From a virus: a DNA stretch of 64,000 nt. Position numbers and translations under genes: made by a program. Location of the stretch: IMG/VR virus record IMGVR_UViG_3300028394_000040, one strand, 5' to 3'. The notes beneath the pieces are model-generated. The model worked only from the letters and a program-made list of their open reading frames with translations, was not told the origin of the DNA and did no database searches. Of the stretch, positions 48,204 through 57,329 are shown piece after piece (position 1 is the first letter of the stretch; each line of letters starts with the position of its first letter).

Positions 48204-49793
48204 TTACAATAACCAAGTAATGTCTTCGGCATTACCGTAAGTATCTTGCATTTTCCAAGGTGGAAGTTCACCACTTGCAGGGTTACCTGTATAAATAGAA
48301 AAGCCGCTGTTGGATTTATGTACGCTGTTCATAGTAGCTCTAGCTAGATCCATTCCTGTTTGAGTAAATCTCATTGCTGTATCTCTCAAAAATAAACCTA
48401 TGGACCAAGCCATTACTAAATCGTCATTATAACCATGTAAAGCTTCTGCCCTACCGCTTTTCCAAATAAACGTTCTTAACTCCTCCATGAACCTTTTAGA
48501 CTGAAAGCTACAAGACTTTTCATGAATATAGGTAATAAGTTTCGAGATTACAAGCGGACGAGTTCTTTGGTTAGTAGAAAAACCAGGAACCATTCCTTCT
48601 CCGTTCTCGTACTTTGTAATATACATTTCTATATTAGTTAAAGCTACGTCTGATCTTGGTGAATAATAAAGGTTTTGATAACCTCTTTCTATTGCAGTTT
48701 GTACAACATCCCAACCTATATTTGCGTTTTCAATTATTAGAATAGCATTATTCCATTCGGTAGCTACTGTAACCAACATGTTACCGTAATCTCTAGTTCC
48801 CATTTGACCTTTATACTCACCTACCTGTTTAGCTAACTCTATATCCATTACATGGAATGCTGAATAGTCTTTACCGTCCCCACGGGCAACGTCAGCTATT
48901 ACAGCATAACTTCTAGAATAATCCGGATACTCCCATCTCCAGTAGTTCCCGTCTATACCTTCTTTAGATATAGGGTCCATTATAGATGTAGTTTCATACC
49001 AGTTTAAATAATCTGGGTCGATTACTGTATTACCCGACGTACTAAAGTCGCAATCACATTCCTGAGCTGCATCTCTTGGTCCAAGAATAGCATCTTGTTC
49101 ATCTCTCCATTTCTGAGTACGTTCAGGGTGTACTGTCCACGGTAAAGAGATAGGTAAAAATTTATTTTCCCCAGATTGAGCCTTTACAAAAGTTTTATGA
49201 AACCAGTTACCAGTACCATTAGGAGTTGAAATAGCTATACATTGACCTCCAGTAGCTAACGTTTGTTGTGCTGCAGTAAAAATTTCATCTACACCATTAA
49301 TAAACGCTGCTTCATCAAGCATTAAGAGAGATACTGCTTCAGAACGACCAGCATCAGGAGAAGCTGCTACGGCTTTTATTTGAGAACCGTTGGATAAACG
49401 TAGACTTAACCGGTTATCTTCATCTGCTTTAATCTTTAACCAAGAAGGAAGGTTATTATATGCAAAACGTACCTTAGTAACCATATTCTTTGCAGTTTCC
49501 TGCTTAGTAGCTACTACTAAAACGTTTTTATCCCTGTGAAATAGCATCAACCATAGTGAATATGCTGATACTAATGTGGAAATACCAAGCTGTCTTGACT
49601 TGTTAGCAATGGTATATTCATTATTCTTGAAGACATGAAGCACTTTTTCCTGAAAAGGATACAGTGCAAATTGAATTCTACCACGTTGAGGATGTTGAAT
49701 CCAGTAGTATTTTTTCATGAAATAAGCAGGATCTGTCGCACATTTGACAAATTCCTGCTTTATCACTTCTTTAATAGCGAGTTGCTCGGACAT
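48204..49793 (-). CDS. gp17: Terminase large subunit (T4 gp17-like)
   Basis: LYPFQ; KSRQLGIST (Walker A); LLMLDEAAF (Walker B); ISTPNG; nuclease motifs ADVARG..DYSAF and NDDLVMA. Confidence 0.96.
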   Translation of the reverse strand: MSEQLAIKEVIKQEFVKCATDPAYFMKKYYWIQHPQRGRIQFALYPFQEKVLHVFKNNEYTIANKSRQLGISTLVSAYSLWLMLFHRDKNVLVVATKQETAKNMVTKVRFAYNNLPSWLKIKADEDNRLSLRLSNGSQIKAVAASPDAGRSEAVSLLMLDEAAFINGVDEIFTAAQQTLATGGQCIAISTPNGTGNWFHKTFVKAQSGENKFLPISLPWTVHPERTQKWRDEQDAILGPRDAAQECDCDFSTSGNTVIDPDYLNWYETTSIMDPISKEGIDGNYWRWEYPDYSRSYAVIADVARGDGKDYSAFHVMDIELAKQVGEYKGQMGTRDYGNMLVTVATEWNNAILIIENANIGWDVVQTAIERGYQNLYYSPRSDVALTNIEMYITKYENGEGMVPGFSTNQRTRPLVISKLITYIHEKSCSFQSKRFMEELRTFIWKSGRAEALHGYNDDLVMAWSIGLFLRDTAMRFTQTGMDLARATMNSVHKSNSGFSIYTGNPASGELPPWKMQDTYGNAEDITWLL

Positions 49794-49806
49794 AGACTAT
49801 TTTATT

Positions 49807-50502
49807 TTACTTAGCTATTAACAGCACAGCTGCACCACCAAGTAGCACATAGTTGGCCATTTTATGAAGTTTATTCTTCAAAAATAACTTTTTATTTTCA
49901 CTCTTTAACTTTTCGTACTCTTTCTCCCAACCATCTATCTGCGTATCTTTATTAGTAACTAGATTTTTGTAATCAGTTTCTTTTTCTTTGTACACATCAA
50001 TCATCTTATCTTTAATCTGTACTCTACCTTCTAAAATTAGTATAGTACTATCTTTTAATACTATTTCTTTTTTAGCCCCATCATACCTAACCAAGTCTAC
50101 TGCGGTATTTAGTATAACAGGTTCAGCTACTGGTAGAAGATTAGATACAGTATCGCCAGGATACCTCTTATTAAGGTTTGAAACTAAAGCAGAATTGTTA
50201 AGTTGTTGAACTTCTTCTACAGCTGCTTCAGTCTTTTCTCTCTCTACTATTATTTCAGACTGTTTATTAGAGTACCTATCTAGAAGCTGCATATCAACAG
50301 CATTCATTACAGCTATAGTAGAATCCTTTTTAAGAATACTTTGTTGTAATTGTTCGGCAGCTAATTTTAAACTATCTAATCTAGTTTTAAACTTAGAATT
50401 GTCATATCCGTTTCTTTCAAATAGAGTATACAGTATTCCTACAGCAACTATTATAGCTACAGCAATTATAATAACCTTACCGCTTATTATTGGATTACGC
50501 AA
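49807..50502 (-). CDS. Membrane-anchored coiled-coil protein (spanin-like candidate)
   Basis: N-terminal transmembrane segment VIIIAVAIIVAVGILYTLF, long coiled coil, hydrophobic C-terminal tail. Confidence 0.5.
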   Translation of the reverse strand: MRNPIISGKVIIIAVAIIVAVGILYTLFERNGYDNSKFKTRLDSLKLAAEQLQQSILKKDSTIAVMNAVDMQLLDRYSNKQSEIIVEREKTEAAVEEVQQLNNSALVSNLNKRYPGDTVSNLLPVAEPVILNTAVDLVRYDGAKKEIVLKDSTILILEGRVQIKDKMIDVYKEKETDYKNLVTNKDTQIDGWEKEYEKLKSENKKLFLKNKLHKMANYVLLGGAAVLLIAK

Positions 50503-51361
50503 CGCTTCCTGTTAGTTTTGAAATAATATTATGAATAGAATCAACTTTATCACTAAAGCTATTAGCTAATGAATCAAAAGCTGAAACATCTATGTCAGCT
50601 TCATTTAATTTAGTAACACTTATAGTTCCTTTTCTAGAAGATACGGACTTATTAGCTTCTTTAACCTCATTAACTAAAGCTCTAATAGCTCCATTTACTT
50701 TACTTTCTAGAAGTTGAAATGCTTCTTTATACTTATAGTTTGTTACTTCAGTAGGTTTAGTTTTAAAAGTTACTATGATATGGTTACCTACTTTAATAGA
50801 TTTGTCTACATCATCATGTAATGTATTTAAATCTTCTAAGATAGAGTAAATAGGCTTTTGCAATTCACTATGCTCTCTTTCTAATTTTTTTAACTCTACG
50901 CTAAGTTTTTCTATCTGATCATTCATTTTAGCAAGATTCATTACTGATTGCCCTAAATCAGATTCCTCGGTTACTTCGATTTCCCCTAAGTTTTTTTTTT
51001 CATGCGACATTTCATTCATACCATCCTCATCGTCGCCGATTTCCATAGTATCTCTATCTAAATCTGCTTGAAGGTTTTTAATCTGTTGTGGGATATTACC
51101 AATCATTTGCTTGTATTGGTGAATATCAATCATGCCAGAAGTAAATTTTTGAACTAATTCATCTTTTTTCTTCTTTAACACAGCCAACTTAGATTGTACT
51201 CCTCCTACTCTGTTAGAAGTTTTATCAGATGAGCCTATTTTTTGATCACCATCAGGTATTTCCGGATTGTAATCTTCGTTTATAAATTTCTTAGCTCTTT
51301 CGGAAAGTTTATCAGTCTGAGTTAAGCGGTTATTCTTTAAGTACTTTATAAAGTCGAACAT
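50495..51361 (-). CDS. Hypothetical modular protein, putative head-internal
   Basis: MFDFIKYLKNN leader; FINED, GMNEM and KLNEA junctions. Confidence 0.55.
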   Translation of the reverse strand: MFDFIKYLKNNRLTQTDKLSERAKKFINEDYNPEIPDGDQKIGSSDKTSNRVGGVQSKLAVLKKKKDELVQKFTSGMIDIHQYKQMIGNIPQQIKNLQADLDRDTMEIGDDEDGMNEMSHEKKNLGEIEVTEESDLGQSVMNLAKMNDQIEKLSVELKKLEREHSELQKPIYSILEDLNTLHDDVDKSIKVGNHIIVTFKTKPTEVTNYKYKEAFQLLESKVNGAIRALVNEVKEANKSVSSRKGTISVTKLNEADIDVSAFDSLANSFSDKVDSIHNIISKLTGSVA

Positions 51362-51395
51362 TTCTTAATTAGTTTTTATTAATAAATATCAAATA

Positions 51396-51623
51396 CTAAG
51401 AATGGAAAAGATCAGAAGATAAATTACTTACTTTTGAATCGTTTTTTAACTCTGTCCATCTTTCTTTACTGTACCTAATTCCGTATATAAAATATTCATC
51501 GTCTTTCTTCATTTTTTTTGGATACCTAATAGCAGGTCCTTCAGTCGAATGATACTTATTTTTTCCTTCGTTTACGTATATACAGATTTCTATACCTTCT
51601 GGTGTTCTAAATTTTTTTGTCAT
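51396..51623 (-). CDS. Hypothetical protein with H..xGPA motif
   Basis: KYHSTEGPAIRY..EYFIYG, a repeat unit common in phage proteins. Confidence 0.55.
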   Translation of the reverse strand: MTKKFRTPEGIEICIYVNEGKNKYHSTEGPAIRYPKKMKKDDEYFIYGIRYSKERWTELKNDSKVSNLSSDLFHS

Positions 51624-51670
51624 GTAATAAATGTTTTCTGAAAATAAGAAGATTCTCGTAATGTTACTAC

Positions 51671-52189
51671 CTACGATTCAGTTTCTTCTTCCTTTTCTGT
51701 TTCTGCTGGTTTTTCTTCTGCAGGAGCTTCTGGAGCGCTAGTCTCTTCTTTCTCAGGTCCTTTTGTAGTTATTGGTGAACCTGTTTCTAATAACCTTGCA
51801 ATAGATAAAATTGCTCTCTCTTTTTCCCCTATAGTCAATAGGTAATAACTCTTTCCTGCTACTCTACACTGATAAGCCTTACCTAAAAAGGTAAGGGTAA
51901 ACGTTTGACCGTTATGTAAAACTATCTTAAAAGTAGTCGGTTTTGGTGCTACTATATAAATTCCTGTTACATAATCTTTAAAATGCTTAGTCATAAGCAT
52001 AGTTAAGGTTTCAGTCAAACTAGGATACTTTTTTAGAATATAGTTAATAGGGTCTTCTTCGAATTTAACTTTCTCGACATCTTCAGGAGTTGTAAATTCT
52101 AGCTTATCTACAGTTACTTCTTCTTCTTCTTTAAGAATACCAAGTACTACCTCTTCGATTAGACCCTTAATATATTTTCTATTAACCAT
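51671..52189 (-). CDS. Hypothetical protein
   Basis: 172 aa; LIEE/ILKEE leader; acidic tail. Confidence 0.55.
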   Translation of the reverse strand: MVNRKYIKGLIEEVVLGILKEEEEVTVDKLEFTTPEDVEKVKFEEDPINYILKKYPSLTETLTMLMTKHFKDYVTGIYIVAPKPTTFKIVLHNGQTFTLTFLGKAYQCRVAGKSYYLLTIGEKERAILSIARLLETGSPITTKGPEKEETSAPEAPAEEKPAETEKEEETES

Positions 52190-52195
52190 TTCTAT

Positions 52196-52699
52196 TTAGT
52201 TATAATTCTGTTCTTCTCCTCCTGCCTGCATTCCAGCGATATACTCTGAAACACTATGCATGTAATCTGCTGCTAAAGTAATATAAGAAGAAACCCACCC
52301 TGGTAGGTTATCTCCATCTTTGATTGCTTTATGGATTTCAGAAGCGTTTTTTATCATATCTAAAATCTCAGATTTAGCCATAGATGCTTCATGATCTCCA
52401 GATCTATTCCAATCAGTAGCTTGTTGCCCTTGAGTATATCCCTCGTTTTCGTTTACTTTTGCAGGACTTTTTTCTGCTCTAACATGAGGTTTCGTACTCT
52501 TAATGTTACGGGTCTTGGATTCTGTAGGCTCATTACCTTTCTTGTCCATTTTCTTCCCAGCACGGATTCTAGATCCTTTATACTCCTCTTCGGGACTCTC
52601 GATCTTACCGTCTTTGTCGTAGTCTTTATCAGCTTTCTTTTTGGCTTCATCTATAGTTTCGTTAAATAATGCTACAAGAGATAATTTAGATGTTTTCAT
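52196..52699 (-). CDS. Hypothetical modular protein, putative head-internal
   Basis: DYDKDGKIES module and DHEASMAK..LPGWVSSYITLA module, separated by VNENE. Confidence 0.55.
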   Translation of the reverse strand: MKTSKLSLVALFNETIDEAKKKADKDYDKDGKIESPEEEYKGSRIRAGKKMDKKGNEPTESKTRNIKSTKPHVRAEKSPAKVNENEGYTQGQQATDWNRSGDHEASMAKSEILDMIKNASEIHKAIKDGDNLPGWVSSYITLAADYMHSVSEYIAGMQAGGEEQNYN

Positions 52700-52716
52700 T
52701 TTTTATCTGTTTAAAG

Positions 52717-53484
52717 TTACTCTGTTGGTAAATATGTGATACTGTAACTAGGCCAAGGATTATCGTAATTAACATCAAATACTACCGTTTGAGGAATAGT
52801 TACAACAGTATCTAGTCCTAAACTAGCTATATCATATGTCTTGTGGTAATGTTCGTTGTGCCAATGTAAAGCAGCACCATCTGAGTAATCACATTCAGCT
52901 CTAAAAGTTATAGTACTAAAGGTATAAGTAACGTACAGTACAGGTGTATCTGAACAAGTATACTTACTGCTGTAGAAATCTACTGCATAATGTTTACCTG
53001 GTATGCCTTGAAAAGTTAAGTCATAAGAAGAAGCCTCTTTAGAAACTTCTTCGCTTACGTTTGTATCTTCTTTAGAATATACTTGTTCGTAATTAGCACT
53101 TACGTTAGCTTCTTTGTAGGAAGCATCAGCAGAAACATCAAAGTTAGTTGAGTTGGTTACTGTCGTTTTATTAGCATATACATTTTTATCGTACTTATGT
53201 ATAGTTTCTTTCCAAGTTTCTCCTTCTACTATTTCTATATGGCTAGGTGCATTTTGAGGTGGTGCCTTAGCAATAGTTGTGTGGGTATTTAAATAATCTT
53301 GAGATACTGAGCTTAGATTATTAGAGGCGTATGTTAAACTGAATCCATCAGGGTCAGAATCAGTTACGTGAGTCTTAGTTCCTCCTTTGCCGCTATTACA
53401 AACGTCTTTCTGCTTATTTTGTTCGATACATTTTTGATAAATGTAATCTCCGTATTCTTGTATACTGTTAAATGATAATGCCAT
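52717..53484 (-). CDS. Aerolysin/ETX-MTX2-like beta-pore-forming-fold protein (tentative)
   Basis: Ser/Thr-rich strands flanking the amphipathic hairpin FDVSADASY-KE-ANVSANY, followed by IPGKHYAVDFY. Confidence 0.4.
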   Translation of the reverse strand: MALSFNSIQEYGDYIYQKCIEQNKQKDVCNSGKGGTKTHVTDSDPDGFSLTYASNNLSSVSQDYLNTHTTIAKAPPQNAPSHIEIVEGETWKETIHKYDKNVYANKTTVTNSTNFDVSADASYKEANVSANYEQVYSKEDTNVSEEVSKEASSYDLTFQGIPGKHYAVDFYSSKYTCSDTPVLYVTYTFSTITFRAECDYSDGAALHWHNEHYHKTYDIASLGLDTVVTIPQTVVFDVNYDNPWPSYSITYLPTE

Positions 53485-53491
53485 ATTAATA

Positions 53492-54331
53492 CTATGCTAG
53501 AAGTTTATAATACTCTTTAAAATGTTTTATCCTGTCCGGTAGTCCGATAGTACCGCCGTTTACTCTTTTTGTAATTTGAGTAACTACTGCATCGGAAGCG
53601 CCACTATCAGCCGTCTTATGTAATCCGTTTTTAGCGAAAAACCAAGCAGCTGAGAGCAAGGCATATTTCGATGAAACCACATCTGGGTTAGACAAAATGT
53701 CTTCTCCAATGGCCTTACCGAATGCAGTATAGTTCTCTTTTCCAGTTAACTGAATGTAACCTCTTCCGCGAAATTTATATCCTTCTTTAGTTGCTTCAGC
53801 ACCGTTACCCATTCTACCACCATATACTCGAGCGGCTATCTTTTCAGGTTTACGTTCGTATTGAGCAGCTAATGCAGCAGTAGGAAAATATTTTTTAAAT
53901 ATTCCCATTAAGCCTTTAGCTGAGTAATTTAAGTTTTCTTGAGTTGCCCTAAACCCACCTGATTCATGACCACATTGAGCTAGAAAATGAGCTAAACGTA
54001 AAGGAGTATTAATATTAAATTTAGCAGCCGTGTCAGGTATCATTGCAATAACTGCATCAGGTATATGTCCTTTTAGTTTATTTATTTTTAAACCTCCTAC
54101 AGTGGCTGGTGAAGGTAAAGATGGAATAGCAGTAGGTGCTGGTGTTTCTATACCGAACATCTTATTCCATGTACCCAGACCTACGATTCCGTCGGGTGTA
54201 AGATCATGATCTATTTGCCACTTCTTAACTACTTTCTCTGTTCCAGGACCAAAAACACCGTCAGGTGTTAAGCCAAGCTTAACTTGCATTGTTTTTACCT
54301 CTTCCCCTGTTGAACCGACTTTAAGTAGCAT
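53492..54331 (-). CDS. Endolysin: peptidoglycan-binding domain plus GH19 (chitinase-like) domain
   Basis: LKVGSTGEEVK..DGVFGPGT..WQ..L.PDGIVG; LAHFLAQCGHESGGF..ENLNYS..FRGRGYIQLTGKENY..TKRVNGG. Confidence 0.92.
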   Translation of the reverse strand: MLLKVGSTGEEVKTMQVKLGLTPDGVFGPGTEKVVKKWQIDHDLTPDGIVGLGTWNKMFGIETPAPTAIPSLPSPATVGGLKINKLKGHIPDAVIAMIPDTAAKFNINTPLRLAHFLAQCGHESGGFRATQENLNYSAKGLMGIFKKYFPTAALAAQYERKPEKIAARVYGGRMGNGAEATKEGYKFRGRGYIQLTGKENYTAFGKAIGEDILSNPDVVSSKYALLSAAWFFAKNGLHKTADSGASDAVVTQITKRVNGGTIGLPDRIKHFKEYYKLLA

Positions 54332-54354
54332 AATTACTCTTTATTATAAATATT

Positions 54355-54558
54355 TTATTTACCTTTATTTTTAATTTTATAGTATATCTGTACTCCTAAC
54401 CAGCCTATAGATGCTATGTAAAACAAACCAGTAAGAACAGGATTTAACATACCAAAAAAGCTATTTACAAATGCTACTGTTGTACTCAGAACTCCTGCTG
54501 TATTTAACAAAGGACTATTAACTGTTGAATCTAAGATGTTTAAAAAAAATGGTTTCAT
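54355..54558 (-). CDS. Holin candidate
   Basis: 67 aa with 1-2 hydrophobic helices and a basic C-terminus (YYKIKNKGK); directly upstream of the endolysin. Confidence 0.55.
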   Translation of the reverse strand: MKPFFLNILDSTVNSPLLNTAGVLSTTVAFVNSFFGMLNPVLTGLFYIASIGWLGVQIYYKIKNKGK

Positions 54559-54559
54559 A

Positions 54560-55099
54560 TTACATAAGGGGTTTACCTAAAAGTACTTTTGTTATTTTTT
54601 CTCCACCTATCTCTCGTGTATAGCTTCCATCGCCATGCCACTTAAGTTCTTTTCCTTTTAGAACCTTTCTTACTACATTTTCATCAGTAACTATAGCTAC
54701 TCCTTTACCTATCAAAATCTCAGCCATTTTACCAGAGGCTTCTAAGTAGTAACCTGCATGTTGCAATTCTGATGCCTTACGGTTTACAGCTGCACTTCTT
54801 GCAGCAGGTGTTCCGTCGTGTCCAGTAGCTACAAACTTTTTACCTCCTTCTCTCTTCTTAGCAATCGTTACTGCATCAGGGTCAGGGTCATTATCTAAAT
54901 TAATTACATCGAATTCATCGCCGTTAGCAGCTATATCATCAGGAGATTTTATATTAGAATGTCCTCCGATGCTACTGTATGCATTTTGAATTAAGTCAAA
55001 TATTAATTTCTTGAAATCATTCAATTCCTCTTTCGGAATAGATGTCCATTTATTCTTTTCCAAAGCAACTTCCAGAAATAACTGATACATGCTTTTCAT
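54560..55099 (-). CDS. Hypothetical protein
   Basis: 179 aa, LFLE leader; LIQNAYSSIGG..GHDG..Y.REIGG. Confidence 0.55.
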   Translation of the reverse strand: MKSMYQLFLEVALEKNKWTSIPKEELNDFKKLIFDLIQNAYSSIGGHSNIKSPDDIAANGDEFDVINLDNDPDPDAVTIAKKREGGKKFVATGHDGTPAARSAAVNRKASELQHAGYYLEASGKMAEILIGKGVAIVTDENVVRKVLKGKELKWHGDGSYTREIGGEKITKVLLGKPLM

Positions 55100-55100
55100 A

Positions 55101-55643
55101 TTACCATGCCTTACACGACCAGTAATTAGCTTTCCATTTAGGTCCAGGATTTTGACAGTTATGTCTTGCTCTGTAGCTTTTTCTTCTTGCCGGAATGTTC
55201 TTTTTAATTTTCATATTAGGGTCTCCGAAGTTAACTTTAACAACGTTACCCTTAGCATTCTTTACATATACAGATCTTTTCTTAGGACCATCAGGAGTAT
55301 AAAAAGGTTTACCTAATGTTACCTTACGTCCCTTATATTCTGCTTCTTCAATCTTATGTTCATACTCAATTAAGTATTCAGCCAGACAAGACGGACAATA
55401 AGCATCTGTTTCTCCAATAGATTCTTTAGTAGGTACACAATTAGGAACAGTTCTACCGTCTTTCTCTTTAGTGCCTACAGGGTGATATCCATCCCAGCAA
55501 GGATTATCGTCCGGGTCTCTTAAATCTTCATTCTTTCTGTTACGACAATGACTCTTTCCTGTTAAAAAAGGACGAGGGCATGATGTTCCTTTTACATGAA
55601 CACGCCCACATTTACCACAACAGGTGCCTTTTTCTTCGTTCAC
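55101..55643 (-). CDS. Modular phage protein (Cys/His knuckle, CWDGY module, basic DUF6321-like C-terminal module)
   Basis: CCGKCGRVH..C; CWDGY..VPNCVP; EAEYKGRKVTL..VNFGD..RARHNC..YWSCKAW. Confidence 0.6.
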   Translation of the reverse strand: MNEEKGTCCGKCGRVHVKGTSCPRPFLTGKSHCRNRKNEDLRDPDDNPCWDGYHPVGTKEKDGRTVPNCVPTKESIGETDAYCPSCLAEYLIEYEHKIEEAEYKGRKVTLGKPFYTPDGPKKRSVYVKNAKGNVVKVNFGDPNMKIKKNIPARRKSYRARHNCQNPGPKWKANYWSCKAW

Positions 55644-55645
55644 TA

Positions 55646-56020
55646 TTAATGTAAGTTTTCTAATTTATATTTAGTTGTCTCAATTAATGTAACGATTTCG
55701 TCGTACTGATTTTGTAAGTATGTATCTTGAGCTATTGATTTTCTGAACTGCTCAACATACTTTGCTAGTGCTACGAAGTATTTTTCGAATTGATCATCCT
55801 CTTTAAACATAGCAGGTAAAGAATACCCGTACACAATACCGTAACGACCTTGGTAACTCTCTACCAAACTATCGACTAAATCTATAATACCGTCATAGTA
55901 TTCACCTAAAGCGATATGAGCAGCATAAGAACCAGGGGTTCTTTTAGTCTGCCAGTGAAAAATCTGTGCTTGGTCTCTTGATGCTAGTAAGGTAGATACA
56001 AATTGAGAAAACTTATCCAT
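55646..56020 (-). CDS. Ferritin/Dps-like protein (DUF5856-like)
   Basis: FHWQT..SYAAHIALGEYY..D.LVESYQG..LQNQYDEI..T.YKL. Confidence 0.7.
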   Translation of the reverse strand: MDKFSQFVSTLLASRDQAQIFHWQTKRTPGSYAAHIALGEYYDGIIDLVDSLVESYQGRYGIVYGYSLPAMFKEDDQFEKYFVALAKYVEQFRKSIAQDTYLQNQYDEIVTLIETTKYKLENLH

Positions 56021-56730
56021 TACTTCTTTTCTTTTTTATCTTCTTTCTTCTCCTCTTTCTTCTCTTCTTTACCTGGTTTCTCTCTTTCTTTTAAAACTTT
56101 TTTAGACTCTTCAACTGCTTTATGCTTGCCTTGTAAGTCTTTTATTGTATCCATTAAAGCTTTTACTAGCTCTCTATGTTTTTCAGCTTCCTCAGGCTCT
56201 TTCTTAGCCATTTTCATATGATGCTCTGCCTCTTTATGTAGAATATCGATACGTTTTTGAAGCTTATCAGTTACTGTACTTTTTTTCTCTTCTAATTGCT
56301 TAGCCTTTTCGTAGATACTGTTTAATAATTCCTCAGCTACTGCCTCTGCTTCTTCTTTTTCGAAATAAAAGCCAAAAATTTCATTGAACTCTATAGCCCC
56401 TCTTCCCCAATCTTTAGCAAAAGTGATAGGATCTGAGTTACGGACTAAATAATTAGCGCTATTTATTTCTTCCTCTACTTGCTCTGGGTCTAGTACTATA
56501 TAAAAATCTACATCTCCACCGTATCCCATCGAATGAGCTTCTTCTACATGTCCTTCTTTCTTAACATGGCCAGGTAATCCTTTATGTTTAGTAGAAGCGA
56601 AATCTGTTGCAGACTTTTGGGACATTCCTTTAGCAGCTTTAGCTACTGCTCCTGTAGGTTTCATTTCTCCTTTTTGAGTAGCATGAACCATACCCATAAA
56701 TTTCTGTTGTGCTTTTGATTGTGCAGGCAT
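56020..56730 (-). CDS. DUF3008-like N-terminal module plus coiled coil
   Basis: MPAQSKAQQKFMGMV..DFASTKHKGLP, then HVEEA. Confidence 0.6.
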   Translation of the reverse strand: MPAQSKAQQKFMGMVHATQKGEMKPTGAVAKAAKGMSQKSATDFASTKHKGLPGHVKKEGHVEEAHSMGYGGDVDFYIVLDPEQVEEEINSANYLVRNSDPITFAKDWGRGAIEFNEIFGFYFEKEEAEAVAEELLNSIYEKAKQLEEKKSTVTDKLQKRIDILHKEAEHHMKMAKKEPEEAEKHRELVKALMDTIKDLQGKHKAVEESKKVLKEREKPGKEEKKEEKKEDKKEKK

Positions 56731-56755
56731 TATCTTATACTTTATTTATAAATAT

Positions 56756-57316
56756 CTATATTTCTTCCTCTTTAGCTCTTTTAATAAAATCTCTAAAATT
56801 ATCTAAAGCTTCAGTCTCTTTACTTACTTTTGACCAGTCTTCTACTACCCCGTCTTCTGATATAAAAGTATCAGTTTCCTGTACCCAGTTATCTAAAGCT
56901 TTCTCAAGGTCTTCTAACATTGCATTCTTGTTAGAGTTCATTATACCTTTCTTATAATCTTCAAACTTACCCTGTACTTTTAGGTTAGTTTCCATATCGG
57001 TAACGCAATTAAGACACATTCCATGTATCCTAAACATTTTTACGTTAATCCAATGGTCATTCATTGCAGTCTTACAGCTTGGACATGCTAGAGGTATTTC
57101 TAATACTTTTCTTAATGTACCGTACTTGCTAATTGTCTGCTTTATTCCCCTTTTTATAGTCCATGTCTTACCATTTTCTTCCCAAATATCTCCTTCTACA
57201 TGCTCTACTACCTCAGTATCGTAGCCTACCTGAGTCTGTGTTCCATCTCCGGCTTTACCGGAAATGATATTACGCATACGTTGAACGTCTCTAGGTTTAA
57301 ATTCTTTATTTAACAT
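56756..57316 (-). CDS. Hypothetical zinc-ribbon protein
   Basis: GDIWEENGKTW; CPSC..MCLNC. Confidence 0.55.
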   Translation of the reverse strand: MLNKEFKPRDVQRMRNIISGKAGDGTQTQVGYDTEVVEHVEGDIWEENGKTWTIKRGIKQTISKYGTLRKVLEIPLACPSCKTAMNDHWINVKMFRIHGMCLNCVTDMETNLKVQGKFEDYKKGIMNSNKNAMLEDLEKALDNWVQETDTFISEDGVVEDWSKVSKETEALDNFRDFIKRAKEEEI

Positions 57317-57329
57317 AACATTATTTTAA

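Noticed and set aside
39404-49793. Introns or inteins in capsid, portal or terminase
   Set aside because: The ORFs are uninterrupted, of normal length, and lack intein-terminal motifs.
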